The notes beneath the pieces are model-generated. The model was not told where the DNA came from and did not search any database. It saw nothing but the letters and a program-made list of their open reading frames with translations. From an uncultured Verrucomicrobiota bacterium (lineage in GTDB: Bacteria; Verrucomicrobiota; Kiritimatiellia; RFP12; UBA1067), in contig CAMNBZ010000003.1 in assembly GCA_946533675.1 (NCBI GenBank), positions 33,014 through 97,013 of the forward strand: a stretch of 64,000 nucleotides of DNA, in the 5' to 3' direction. Within the stretch, counting starts at the first letter, position 1, and each line of letters starts with the position of its first letter. Shown one piece after another: positions 40,435-49,173 of the stretch. The translations under genes were made by a program, and so were the position numbers.

Positions 40435-41199
40435 ATGAAGAAGCTGATGATTTTGACGGTTGCCGCGCTGACGGTCGCGGCGGTGACGGCGGCGCCCGTG
40501 ACGACGGGCAGGCGCAGCGCGGGCACGCGCATGTCCGCGGGCCGCGCCGCGAAGGCGGCGGCGGCGGCGGACGAGGAGGCGCCGACCTCGGGCAAGGACG
40601 CCAAGGTGACGATCGACATGTTCCCGCGCCTCAACAAGCAGGCGACGTTCGGCGCGCCGAGCATCAACGGCGCGACGTACGTCTCGGGCGCGTACACGCG
40701 TCCGCGCAAGTGGATCGTCCTGGAGACGAAGTACTCGACGTACGCGGACTTCCAGAACCAGCTGACGTTCACGTGGCACGTCCTCCTGGACACGAAGACC
40801 TCGACGCTCAACCGCAGCAACAAGGAGGGCATCCCGCCCTACTCGTACTTCACGACCACGGTCACCTACCAGAACATCCCCGACGGGTCGCACGCGGCCT
40901 CGGTCGTGCTGCCGCCGTCGTACCTCGAGCGCTACGGCGAGCCGTGCGCGGTCGGCATCGTGATCACCAACGACAAGGGCGAGGTGCTCGCGGGCGACTG
41001 CGAGAGCTCGGGCGGCGAGGTCAAGGACTTCGCGCATCCGAAGAGCCTGGAGGACGCGTTCTGGAACAACCAGAAGATCATGAACGCGACGACGAAGGGC
41101 GGCGAGCCGATGATCGAGCGCCGCCAGGGCCTCATGGACCGCTCGAAGACGATCTGGGCGCTCGTGAACCCGAACGACTACGAAGCCGTCATGCAGTAA
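40435..41199 (+). CDS. secreted hypothetical protein, first gene of the pilus-like cluster (positional equivalent of Akkermansia Amuc_1102)
   Basis: The signal peptide is MKKLMILTVAALTVAAVTAAP, with a GAAAGGA SD. The body is beta-rich. The assignment is by position only. Confidence 0.75.
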   Translation: MKKLMILTVAALTVAAVTAAPVTTGRRSAGTRMSAGRAAKAAAAADEEAPTSGKDAKVTIDMFPRLNKQATFGAPSINGATYVSGAYTRPRKWIVLETKYSTYADFQNQLTFTWHVLLDTKTSTLNRSNKEGIPPYSYFTTTVTYQNIPDGSHAASVVLPPSYLERYGEPCAVGIVITNDKGEVLAGDCESSGGEVKDFAHPKSLEDAFWNNQKIMNATTKGGEPMIERRQGLMDRSKTIWALVNPNDYEAVMQ

Positions 41200-41220
41200 C
41201 AGCAAGGAAGGTCGCCGCAC

Positions 41221-42831
41221 ATGGCCAGCAAGACATTGACATTGAACATCGGCGCGTCGTCGGTCACGCTCGCCGAATACGAGCTGGGCGCGAAGCCGAA
41301 GCTCGTGAACTACGGCACGGCCGCGCTCGCCGCGCCGCTCGACTCGGGCAACGCGGGGACGATCCTCGCGCCCGCGCTCCTGGAGATCGTCCGCGAGAAG
41401 GGCATCAAGCCCGGCAAGGTGGCGATCGCCGTCTCGGGCCAGATGGTCTTCCCGCGCTTCGCGGCGATCCCGTTCGCGGGCAGCGACCAGGCGAAGTTCG
41501 AGCAGCTGGTCCGCTACGAGGTCGAGCAGAACGTGCCGTTCCCGATCGACGAGATGATCTGCGACCGGCAGGTGCTGGGCGAGACCGAGAACGGCGACAA
41601 GTCGGTGATGATCGTCGCGGCGAAGATCGAGCAGATCGAGGCGATCACGGACGCGGTGGCGGCGGCGGGCTTCACGCCGGAGCTCGTGGACGTGGCGCCG
41701 CTCGCGCTCGCGAACGCGCTCAAGGCGAACCGCCCGGGCGCGGACGACTGCGCGATCATCCTCGACATCGGCGCGAAGACGACCTCGCTCGTGGTGGTCG
41801 AGGGCGACAAGCTCTACAACCGCTCGATCCCGGTGGCGGGCAACACGCTCACCAAGGAGATCGCGCAGAAGCTCGGCTGCACGCTCGACGAGGCCGAGGC
41901 GTTCAAGCGCGAGAAGGCGTACGTCTCGCTCGGCGGCGTGATGGAGGACGACGACGCGACGCTCGACACGATCTCGAAGGTGTGCCGCGCGGTGATGACG
42001 CGCCTCAACGCGGAGATTTCGCGCTCGATGAACTTCTACCGCTCGCAGCAGGGCGGCGGGGCGCCGACGAAGCTGTACCTGACGGGCGGCACGGCGCTGC
42101 TGCCGCAGCTCGCCGAGTTCTTCCAGGATTCGCTCCAGATCGACGTCGAGTTCTTCAACCCGTTCGAGACGATCGGCACGGGCGGCGCGGTCGACGCGGC
42201 CGCGCTCGAGACGGACGTCGCGTTTCTCGGCGCGACGGCGGGCCTCGCGCTGCACGCGGCGGGCAAGGCGGAGCTGGCGATCAACTTGATGCCGCCGTCG
42301 ATCCTCGCGGCGCGCGCGGAAGTGCGCAAGATCCCCGTCGTGGCGGCGGGCGCGGTCGCGTTCGTGGCGGCGGCGGTCTGCCTCCTCCTGGCCGTCGGCC
42401 ACGGCAAGGCGGTCGTCGAGGCGCAGTACGACGCCATCGAAAGCAAGGCGAGCGTGCTCAAGGGCTTCGAGGCGAAGATCAAGACGGCGCAGAACCGCGA
42501 GGAGCAGGCGCGCGCCGACGCGGAGGCGCTGCGGCAGCTCGTCGTCCGGCGCGGCGCGGCGGTGACGCAGATCAACGCGATCCGCCAGGCGATCGGCGAG
42601 GATCTGTGGATCGAGAAGTGGGAGGCGGGCCGCGTGACGCTGCGCGGCTGGAAGGACCGCGTGGCGTTCTTCTCCCGGCGCAACGCCGGCAAGACCGCGC
42701 CGGAGATCGTCGTCGCGCGGCTGAAGGAGAATCCGGCCGTCGACCCGGATTCCGTGAAGGTGATCGACATGTCGAGCTTCGGCAAGGGCGACTGCGTCGA
42801 GCAGTATGTAGTGGAGGTGAAGTTTAAATGA
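41221..42831 (+). CDS. pilM: type IV pilus assembly protein PilM (actin-like ATPase fold) fused to a PilN-like TM/coiled-coil segment
   Basis: The PilM-like N-terminal ~350 aa include LNIGASSVTLAEY, VPFPIDEMICD, ILDIGAKTTSLVVV, RSIPVAGNTLT and LYLTGGTALLP. The PilN hallmark I-N-L-M-P (ELAINLMPPSILAARAE) follows, then the TM helix VVAAGAVAFVAAAVCLLLAV and a coiled coil. Confidence 0.85.
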   Translation: MASKTLTLNIGASSVTLAEYELGAKPKLVNYGTAALAAPLDSGNAGTILAPALLEIVREKGIKPGKVAIAVSGQMVFPRFAAIPFAGSDQAKFEQLVRYEVEQNVPFPIDEMICDRQVLGETENGDKSVMIVAAKIEQIEAITDAVAAAGFTPELVDVAPLALANALKANRPGADDCAIILDIGAKTTSLVVVEGDKLYNRSIPVAGNTLTKEIAQKLGCTLDEAEAFKREKAYVSLGGVMEDDDATLDTISKVCRAVMTRLNAEISRSMNFYRSQQGGGAPTKLYLTGGTALLPQLAEFFQDSLQIDVEFFNPFETIGTGGAVDAAALETDVAFLGATAGLALHAAGKAELAINLMPPSILAARAEVRKIPVVAAGAVAFVAAAVCLLLAVGHGKAVVEAQYDAIESKASVLKGFEAKIKTAQNREEQARADAEALRQLVVRRGAAVTQINAIRQAIGEDLWIEKWEAGRVTLRGWKDRVAFFSRRNAGKTAPEIVVARLKENPAVDPDSVKVIDMSSFGKGDCVEQYVVEVKFK

Positions 42832-43838
42832 ACAGGAACCAAATCACGATGGCCGCGATCGGCGGCGTGGCGCTCGTCGCGGTGCTGGCGGTCGGCTATC
42901 TGACCTACTCCGCGTGGGCGGAGCAGGGCGAGAAGGCCGAGGACCTGGAGACGGCGCTCGGCAACGTCCGGCGCATCAATTCGGCGAAGATCGCGCCGAA
43001 GTCGGAATCGGTGGCGGCGATCGACGCGAACGCGCAGAAGCTGGACGCCTGGCGCACGGAGGTGCTGGCCCTCGCGACGGCCGGCGACTTCGCGGCCGAC
43101 GGCGCGGCGACGCCGGAGTCGTTCAAGCAGAAGATGGTCGTCGAGGCGCGCGAGCTCGCGAAGCTGCCCGGCGGCGTTAACGGGAACATCGTCAAGGAGG
43201 ACTTCGACTTCGGCTTCAAGGACTACATCATCGGCGGCAGCATGCCCCCGCGCGAGCGGCTGGATGCGCTCCAGCGCCAGTGGTCGGAGGTGTCGCTGCT
43301 CGTCAAGATCCTCGCGCGCTGCGGCGCGCGCGAGCTGAAGGCCGTCACGGTGGGCGCGGCGGCCGAGGCGCCGAAGGAAGAGGAGGAGCAGCCGAAGCGC
43401 CGCGGCCCGCGCAAGAACGCGGCGAAGGAGATCGTCGCCAAGGACCCGGCGACGCCCCAGAGCTACGAGCTGAAGTTCACGGCGAAGCCGGCGGCGTTCG
43501 TGCGGATCATCGATGCGTGCGCGATCATCGAGCGCTTCATCGTGGTCGACGGCTTCTCGTTCGCGAAGGAGAAGGATACGCTCGCCGAGATCTTCGGCGG
43601 CAAGGAGAAGACGGAAACGTCCGGCGGCGGCCGGCGCGGGCGCGGGCGGCGGCATCAGCCGGCGGCCGAGGAGCAGGAGGTGGCGGCCGAGGAGGTCAAC
43701 CGCAAGGGGCTCGTGACCGACCCCGAGCTGGACGAGCCGCTGACGGTGACGTTGAAACTGACGACCTATGACTTCGGCACCGCCGCGGCGGCGAAGGAAG
43801 CCGGGGAGTCCGAGGAAGCGAAGGAGGTGGCGGAATGA
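42828..43838 (+). CDS. PilO-like / Amuc_1100-family membrane-anchored protein
   Basis: An ATGA overlap couples it to pilM. The N-terminal TM helix is ITMAAIGGVALVAVLAVGYL. Blocks are colinear with my recollection of Amuc_1100: INSAKIAP, LVKILARCGARELKAV, SYELKFTAKPAAFVRIIDA...ERFIVVDGFSF and LTVTLKLTTYDF. No alignment was run. Confidence 0.7.
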   Translation: MNRNQITMAAIGGVALVAVLAVGYLTYSAWAEQGEKAEDLETALGNVRRINSAKIAPKSESVAAIDANAQKLDAWRTEVLALATAGDFAADGAATPESFKQKMVVEARELAKLPGGVNGNIVKEDFDFGFKDYIIGGSMPPRERLDALQRQWSEVSLLVKILARCGARELKAVTVGAAAEAPKEEEEQPKRRGPRKNAAKEIVAKDPATPQSYELKFTAKPAAFVRIIDACAIIERFIVVDGFSFAKEKDTLAEIFGGKEKTETSGGGRRGRGRRHQPAAEEQEVAAEEVNRKGLVTDPELDEPLTVTLKLTTYDFGTAAAAKEAGESEEAKEVAE

Positions 43839-44980
43839 TCGCGGGCAAGGAAGGCAGGGGATTTTTCGCGGCGCACTGGGACTGGCTCGTGGCGGCCGGC
43901 GGCGTGCTGGCGCTGGGCGCGGCGGTGTTCGCGCTCGTGACGGCGCTCGGCACGGATCCGGACGAGAAGGCCAACGCGACGCTGGCGGGCCTGGGCGGCG
44001 CGCGCAGCGGCGACACGGGCGTCGAGGCGGTCGACATGGCGCCGTACGAAGCCGCGGAGAAGGACGTGCGCACGCCGCCGAAGGTGGTCGAGATCGCCGA
44101 GACGCAGGAGAGCTTCATGGCGTCGGAGCGGCGCGTCTTCTGCGAGCAGGGCGATCCGGCCGACGAGAAGAAGTCGTGCGGGCTGCCGATTCCGTTCGGG
44201 ATGAAGACGTGCCCGCTGTGCGGCGCGAAGCAGCCGGAGGAGCAGAAGGTCGTGCTCGATTCCGACGGCGACGGCATGGACGACGAGTACGAGGCCGCGC
44301 ACGGGCTCGATCCGAACCGCGACGACCGCGACGGGGATCTGGACGGCGACGGGTTCACCAACTGGGAGGAGTTCGAGGCGAAGACGGATCCGAACGATCC
44401 GGCGTCGCATCCCGACTACCTCGATTCGCTCGAACTCAAGCTGCCGCTCCAGGAGACGCATCTGCCGTTCTACTTCGACAAGGTGGCCCCGCTGCCGAAC
44501 GGCGCGAAGCGCTACTACTTCCGCGATCCGAAGCGGAAGAACGCGTACGGGCAGCGCGGCGTGACGTACTCGGTGCTCGAGGGCGAGGAGATCGGCGCGG
44601 CGGAGCAGATGCCGACGGGATTCGTCGTCAAGGGCTACACGGCGCGCAGCGAGGAGCGCAAGATCGCGGCGAGCAAGGGCGAGCGTCAGCTGACGCGCAC
44701 GGTCGACACGTCCATCGCCACGATCGAGCGCAAGAAGGACCGCAAGCGCCTCGAACTGGTCGTGGGCGAGTCGAAGCGGCCGGTCGCGGTGGACGCGAAG
44801 GCCACGCTCGTCTACACGCGCGGCGAGCCGAAGGAGTTCTCGGTTGCGGTCGGCGACGAGATCAAACTCAACGGCAATGCGTATAAAGTCGTTGAAATCA
44901 AGCGCGGCGACAAGGTCGTGACGGTTTCGGTGGCGGGTGAGGCCGGAAAGAAAACTCTCACCGCACCACTTGAACAGTGA
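43835..44980 (+). CDS. PilP-like protein with N-terminal TM helix, zinc-ribbon and thrombospondin-type-3-like Ca-binding repeats
   Basis: An ATGA overlap couples it to the upstream gene. The TM helix is WDWLVAAGGVLALGAAVFALV. A Cys pair region reads C-x12-C...C-P-L-C-G. TSP3-like repeats read DSDGDGMDDEYE and DRDGDLDGDGFTNWEEF. The C-terminal beta region (VAVGDEIKLNGNAYKVVEIKRGDKVVTV) is PilP-like. Confidence 0.7.
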   Translation: MIAGKEGRGFFAAHWDWLVAAGGVLALGAAVFALVTALGTDPDEKANATLAGLGGARSGDTGVEAVDMAPYEAAEKDVRTPPKVVEIAETQESFMASERRVFCEQGDPADEKKSCGLPIPFGMKTCPLCGAKQPEEQKVVLDSDGDGMDDEYEAAHGLDPNRDDRDGDLDGDGFTNWEEFEAKTDPNDPASHPDYLDSLELKLPLQETHLPFYFDKVAPLPNGAKRYYFRDPKRKNAYGQRGVTYSVLEGEEIGAAEQMPTGFVVKGYTARSEERKIAASKGERQLTRTVDTSIATIERKKDRKRLELVVGESKRPVAVDAKATLVYTRGEPKEFSVAVGDEIKLNGNAYKVVEIKRGDKVVTVSVAGEAGKKTLTAPLEQ

Positions 44981-44998
44981 GAAAAAATAGTTTATAAT
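44970..44998 (+). promoter_or_regulatory. sigma70-like promoter: TTGAAC - 17 nt - TATAAT upstream of the secretin gene
   Basis: The -35 is at 44970-44975 and the -10 at 44993-44998. An AAGGAG SD at 45014-45019 precedes the ATG at 45031. Confidence 0.55.
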
Positions 44999-45030
44999 AT
45001 CAACACAGTCAACAAGGAGCAACGTTCGAT

Positions 45031-48000
45031 ATGACGAACCTGAGAAACCTGGTCGCCCTCGGCGCGACAATGGCCATTGCGGTCGTTGGTGTTCATAGTT
45101 TTGCACAAGACGATCTCGACGATCTGCTCGCGGATCTTGAAAGCGAGAGCGCGGCGGCACCAGCCGAAGCGTCTGCGGACGAGGACGCGGCCGAAGCCGA
45201 GGAGCCTGCGGCGGCGGAGCCTGCGGCCGAGGAACCGGCGGAGGCCGAGGAACCTGCGGCGGCGGAGCCTGCGGCCGAGGAACCGGCAGAGGCCGAGGAA
45301 CCTGCGGCGGAAGAGGCGGCAGCCGAGGAAGAGCCGGCTGAGGAGGAATCCGCGGCCGAGGAACCCGAAGCTGAAGAGCCCGCGGCCGAGGAACCCGCTG
45401 AAGCCGAGGAACCTGCGGCCGAGGAACCCGCTGAAGCCGAGGAACCGGCGGTCGAGGAACCCGAAGCTGAAGAGCCTGCGGCCGAGGAACCCGCTGAAGC
45501 CGAGGAACCTGCGGCGGCGGAGGCTGCGACCGAGGAAGGGCCGGCTGAAGCCGCGGACGCGAATCTGCTGTCGCTGCTGGCCGAAACCGATGCGGGCGTT
45601 GCGGCGAGTCCCGCGGCACCGGCGGCGGAGAAGCCGGCCGAACCGGCCGCCGAACCGGCTGAAACGCCGGCCGCCGTCGCCGCTGTCGAACCGGCTCCCG
45701 CGCCTGCGGCCGAACCGGCTCCCGCGCCTGCGGCCGAACCCGCTCCCGCCGCCGCTCCGGCGCCCGCTCCTGCGCCGAAGTACGATGGGCCCGACGCGGA
45801 ACTGCTGGCCAACCTGTCGGCGACCGAAAAGCTGCGCCGCGAGGCGTTCGACATCCAGGCGCGTCGCGAGATCAGCGAGGCGCGCGCCTACATGGCGAAC
45901 GAGGAATATCTCGACAGCGTCAAGCACTACCGTATCGCGCTCAAGCTGCTGAACGACGCGCCGTCCTCCGAGGGGCTGCGCCGCGAATGCCAGCAGGGCG
46001 TCGCCGAGGGCTATTTCCGCGCGGCGTTCCAGGAAGAGTCGATCGGCCGTCGCGCGAAGGCGATCGACCTGATGGACAAGGCGCTCGCCGCCCGTCATCC
46101 GAAGGCGCGCCGCCAGCTGGAGGCGTGGAAGAATGCCGACGATCCCGAGGCGAACAAGGTCGATCTGTCCGAGATCAAGCACCGTCGCAACGACGCGGAG
46201 TACAAGGATCAGCGCGCGACGAACCTCCAGCACCTCAAGCGCGCGCGCCAGTTCCTCGGCAGCAAGGAGCTGAGCCGGGCGCTGGACGAGTGCGAACTTG
46301 TGCTGGTGAACGATCCCTACAACCAGGAGGCGATCCGTCTGCGCGAGAAGATCCAGAAGAAGCGCCACACGATCCTGATGCAGGAGCGCAAGGCGGCGCG
46401 CGAGGGCATGATCGCCGACGTCGACCAGGCGTGGCGCCCGGTGTATGCGGTCGATGCGCGCGAACTGGACGAGGTCGCGACGCAGACGGGCAAGACGCCC
46501 GGCGTCAACGGCGATCCGGAACGCAGCCTGGAGCAGAGCGTCATCAAGCGCATGAAGGAGATGCGCCTGCCGGCGATCTCGTTCAAGCCGCCGGCGACGA
46601 TCGTCGACGCGCTCGACTTCTTCCGCCAGGCCTCCAAGGACTTCGACCGTCCCGACATCCCGCTGGAGCAGCGCGGTTTCGACATCGTGTTCCTCCCGCC
46701 GGAGACGCTGCATGCGGCGGCGGACAGCGGCGAAGACGAGGCCGAGGGTTTCGGCGCGAGCGATGACGACGAGGCCGCGGGCGCGCAGGAAGGCCTGCCC
46801 GTCATCCCGATGATCGCCGCGAGCGACATCACGTTCTACGACGCGCTGAAGCTCGTCTGCGACACGGTGAAGTACAAGCCGCAGGTCAAGGGCAAGATCG
46901 TCATGGTCATGCCCCAGGGCGCGACGACGGAAGAAATGGTCACGCGCAGCTATCCGGTGCTTTCCACCTTCATGGAGCGCATGGACTCGGCCTCGAGCGA
47001 ACTGAAGGAGATGCGTTCGCAGGGCTTCGGCAGCTCCAACCGCCGCGCCAACGACGACGCCGGCGAGAACCAGGAGAAGGACTGGAAGGAGTTCTTCACG
47101 GAACTCGGCGTGAAATGGCCGGAAGGCTCGTCGATCATGTACATCAAGACGATCGGCAAGCTGCGCGTCAAGAACACGTACGAGAACCTCGCCGAACTCG
47201 AGAAGGCGCTGACCGAAATGAACGCCGACCCGAAGCTGATCGAGATCGAGACGCGCTTCGTGGAAGTCTGCCAGGACGACCTCAATTCGCTCGGCTTCGA
47301 GTGGATCCTCAACAGCGACTACTCGATCGGTCTGGGCAAGCACGTGTCGCGCGCGCTCGGCGTCCGTAACGGCACGTGGGGCTCGAACACCGGTTCGCGC
47401 ACGGTCACGCAGGAGCTCAACTACACCACCGATACGCTGAACGGCAGCACGATCCCGACGATGCGGTCCGTCACCACCGATTCCACCTCCGCGACGCGGG
47501 TGACCTACGCCAATTCGCGCGGCGCCAGCTGGATCCGCAACGGGGACGGCCACGGCAAGGTGGGCCTCAGCGCGTTCGGCGGCGACTCCGACCAGCAGAA
47601 CGGCATGCGCTATCTCTCGACGCTGTCGAACCACATCTCGGGCGAGAGTGGGTCGAACAACGACCAGTTCATGCGCGTGAACGCGTTCTTCGGCAACGCG
47701 GACCTGTCGATGATCCTGCACATGCTCGCGCAGCGCAGCGACACGGACCTCCTCTCCGCGCCGAAGGTGCTGACGCGTCCGGGCGTGGAGGCGGTCATGA
47801 AGGTCGTCACCGAGTACATCTACCCGACCGACTACCAGGTGCAGCTGCAGTCCAGCTCGTCCTCGTCCTCGGGCAACGGCGGCGGCAGCCAGTCGGCGAT
47901 TCTCGCGGTCGTCGAACCGCGCAGCTTCACGATGCGCGAGGTGGGCGTGATCCTCGACGTCACCCCGACGCTGACCGACGACGGCAACCTGATCGACCTC

Positions 48001-48573
48001 GATCTCAAGACGCAGGTCGTGGACGAGCCGACGTGGAAGAACTACGGCATGCGCATTCCGTTCACGGGCAACGCCTCGTCGCTTCAGAACTTCACCGGCC
48101 TCGGCGAGATCTTCACGGGCCTGAGCGAAATCCTGGGGGCGACGGGCACGGCGCTCAGCGATTCCGCGAAGGCGCTCTTCGCCCAGTCGGCGATGGATGC
48201 CGCGAGCAACGCGCTCGACAGCCTGACGGATTCGTCGAACGAAAACCTCACCTACTACGAAGCGCCGATGGAGCAGCCGTTCTTCCACGTCCGCTCGATC
48301 GAGTCGCAGGTGTCGGTCTATCCGGGCGCGACGATCGTGATGGGCGGCCTCATCACCGAGCAGCGCAAGGCGATGGACGACAAGATTCCGTTCCTCGGCG
48401 ACCTGCCGTTCATCGGCCGTCTCTTCCGCAGCCATGCGGAGCAGACGAACAAGCGCAACCTGCTGATCTTCGTGACGACGCGTCTCGTCGACGTGCGTGG
48501 CCGCGAGGTGCACATCTCGGCGAACGACACGCCCGCCCCCGAAGTGGTCGCGGCGCCGACCGAGGAGGACTGA
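45031..48573 (+). CDS. pilQ: type IV pilus / type II secretion family secretin (PilQ-like) with long N-terminal A/E/P-rich repeat region
   Basis: The signal peptide is [25 protein letters not shown]. The C-terminal secretin domain reads [20 protein letters not shown]...[55 protein letters not shown]. Confidence 0.92.
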   Translation: MTNLRNLVALGATMAIAVVGVHSFAQDDLDDLLADLESESAAAPAEASADEDAAEAEEPAAAEPAAEEPAEAEEPAAAEPAAEEPAEAEEPAAEEAAAEEEPAEEESAAEEPEAEEPAAEEPAEAEEPAAEEPAEAEEPAVEEPEAEEPAAEEPAEAEEPAAAEAATEEGPAEAADANLLSLLAETDAGVAASPAAPAAEKPAEPAAEPAETPAAVAAVEPAPAPAAEPAPAPAAEPAPAAAPAPAPAPKYDGPDAELLANLSATEKLRREAFDIQARREISEARAYMANEEYLDSVKHYRIALKLLNDAPSSEGLRRECQQGVAEGYFRAAFQEESIGRRAKAIDLMDKALAARHPKARRQLEAWKNADDPEANKVDLSEIKHRRNDAEYKDQRATNLQHLKRARQFLGSKELSRALDECELVLVNDPYNQEAIRLREKIQKKRHTILMQERKAAREGMIADVDQAWRPVYAVDARELDEVATQTGKTPGVNGDPERSLEQSVIKRMKEMRLPAISFKPPATIVDALDFFRQASKDFDRPDIPLEQRGFDIVFLPPETLHAAADSGEDEAEGFGASDDDEAAGAQEGLPVIPMIAASDITFYDALKLVCDTVKYKPQVKGKIVMVMPQGATTEEMVTRSYPVLSTFMERMDSASSELKEMRSQGFGSSNRRANDDAGENQEKDWKEFFTELGVKWPEGSSIMYIKTIGKLRVKNTYENLAELEKALTEMNADPKLIEIETRFVEVCQDDLNSLGFEWILNSDYSIGLGKHVSRALGVRNGTWGSNTGSRTVTQELNYTTDTLNGSTIPTMRSVTTDSTSATRVTYANSRGASWIRNGDGHGKVGLSAFGGDSDQQNGMRYLSTLSNHISGESGSNNDQFMRVNAFFGNADLSMILHMLAQRSDTDLLSAPKVLTRPGVEAVMKVVTEYIYPTDYQVQLQSSSSSSSGNGGGSQSAILAVVEPRSFTMREVGVILDVTPTLTDDGNLIDLDLKTQVVDEPTWKNYGMRIPFTGNASSLQNFTGLGEIFTGLSEILGATGTALSDSAKALFAQSAMDAASNALDSLTDSSNENLTYYEAPMEQPFFHVRSIESQVSVYPGATIVMGGLITEQRKAMDDKIPFLGDLPFIGRLFRSHAEQTNKRNLLIFVTTRLVDVRGREVHISANDTPAPEVVAAPTEED
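45160..45780 (+). repeat. coding tandem repeats (A/E/P-rich low complexity) in the secretin N-terminus
   Basis: A 48-nt unit ([16 protein letters not shown]) is repeated at 45196-45243 and 45244-45291. A 33-nt unit, GCCGAGGAACCCGCTGAAGCCGAGGAACCTGCG, occurs at about 45385, 45418 and 45481. A 24-nt unit, GAACCGGCTCCCGCGCCTGCGGCC, occurs twice at about 45690-45740. Confidence 0.8.
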
Positions 48574-48594
48574 GTCTTCGACTCGCGCCTCAAG

Positions 48595-49173
48595 GTGTGC
48601 GTGACGGGAGGGATTGCCTGCGGCAAATCCCTCCTTTCACATTATCTGAACGAGCTGGGCGTGGAAACGCTCGACGCGGATGACGTCGTGCACACGCTCA
48701 TCCCCGATCCCGCCGAGCGCCGCCGACTCGCCGCCGAGGTCTTCGCCGACCCGGCCGCGCGCCGCGCGCTGGAGGCGCGGCTCCATCCGCTCGTCAAGGC
48801 CCGCATCGACGCCTGGCTCGCCGGAGCATCGGCGGACGCGACGGGGCGCGTCCCCCCCTCTCAACTCTCACCTCTCCACTCGCGACTCCGAATTGCGGTT
48901 ATTCCGCTCCTGTTCGAGGTGCACTGGGAGCGATTTTTTGATATAATATGCACCGTCGTCTCCTCCCGCGAGAACCAGCTCGCCCGGATGATGACGACGC
49001 GCGGCTACAGCCGCGCCGAGGCCGAAGCCCGTCTGGCCGCCCAGCTGCCGGTCGGGGAGAAGGCGAAAAAATCCCATTACGTCATCGCCAACGACGGAAC
49101 CGCCGCCGACCTGCGAAGGGAGGTCGAGGCGTTTGTCGCGTGGCTGAAGGAGAAAGAGAAAGAACATGGCTGA
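48595..49173 (+). CDS. coaE: dephospho-CoA kinase
   Basis: The P-loop reads [10 protein letters not shown]. Also present are [33 protein letters not shown] and [18 protein letters not shown]. The start is GTG, and the stop overlaps the rho ATG. Confidence 0.88.
   Translation: MCVTGGIACGKSLLSHYLNELGVETLDADDVVHTLIPDPAERRRLAAEVFADPAARRALEARLHPLVKARIDAWLAGASADATGRVPPSQLSPLHSRLRIAVIPLLFEVHWERFFDIICTVVSSRENQLARMMTTRGYSRAEAEARLAAQLPVGEKAKKSHYVIANDGTAADLRREVEAFVAWLKEKEKEHG
48939..48947 (+). promoter_or_regulatory. candidate internal promoter (TTTTTTGATATAAT) inside coaE, ~220 nt upstream of rho
   Basis: The extended -10 plus T-tract is the same 14-mer class as upstream of fba (58733-58747) and recA (57387-57400). 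Here it encodes F-F-D-I-I of CoaE. Confidence 0.4.

Noticed and set aside
45077-45952. Alternative-frame ORFs over the secretin repeat region (45077-45952 on the + strand, 45093-45854 on the minus strand).
   Set aside because: The low-complexity repeat DNA is open in several frames. Only the frame continuous with the signal peptide and the C-terminal secretin domain is credible.
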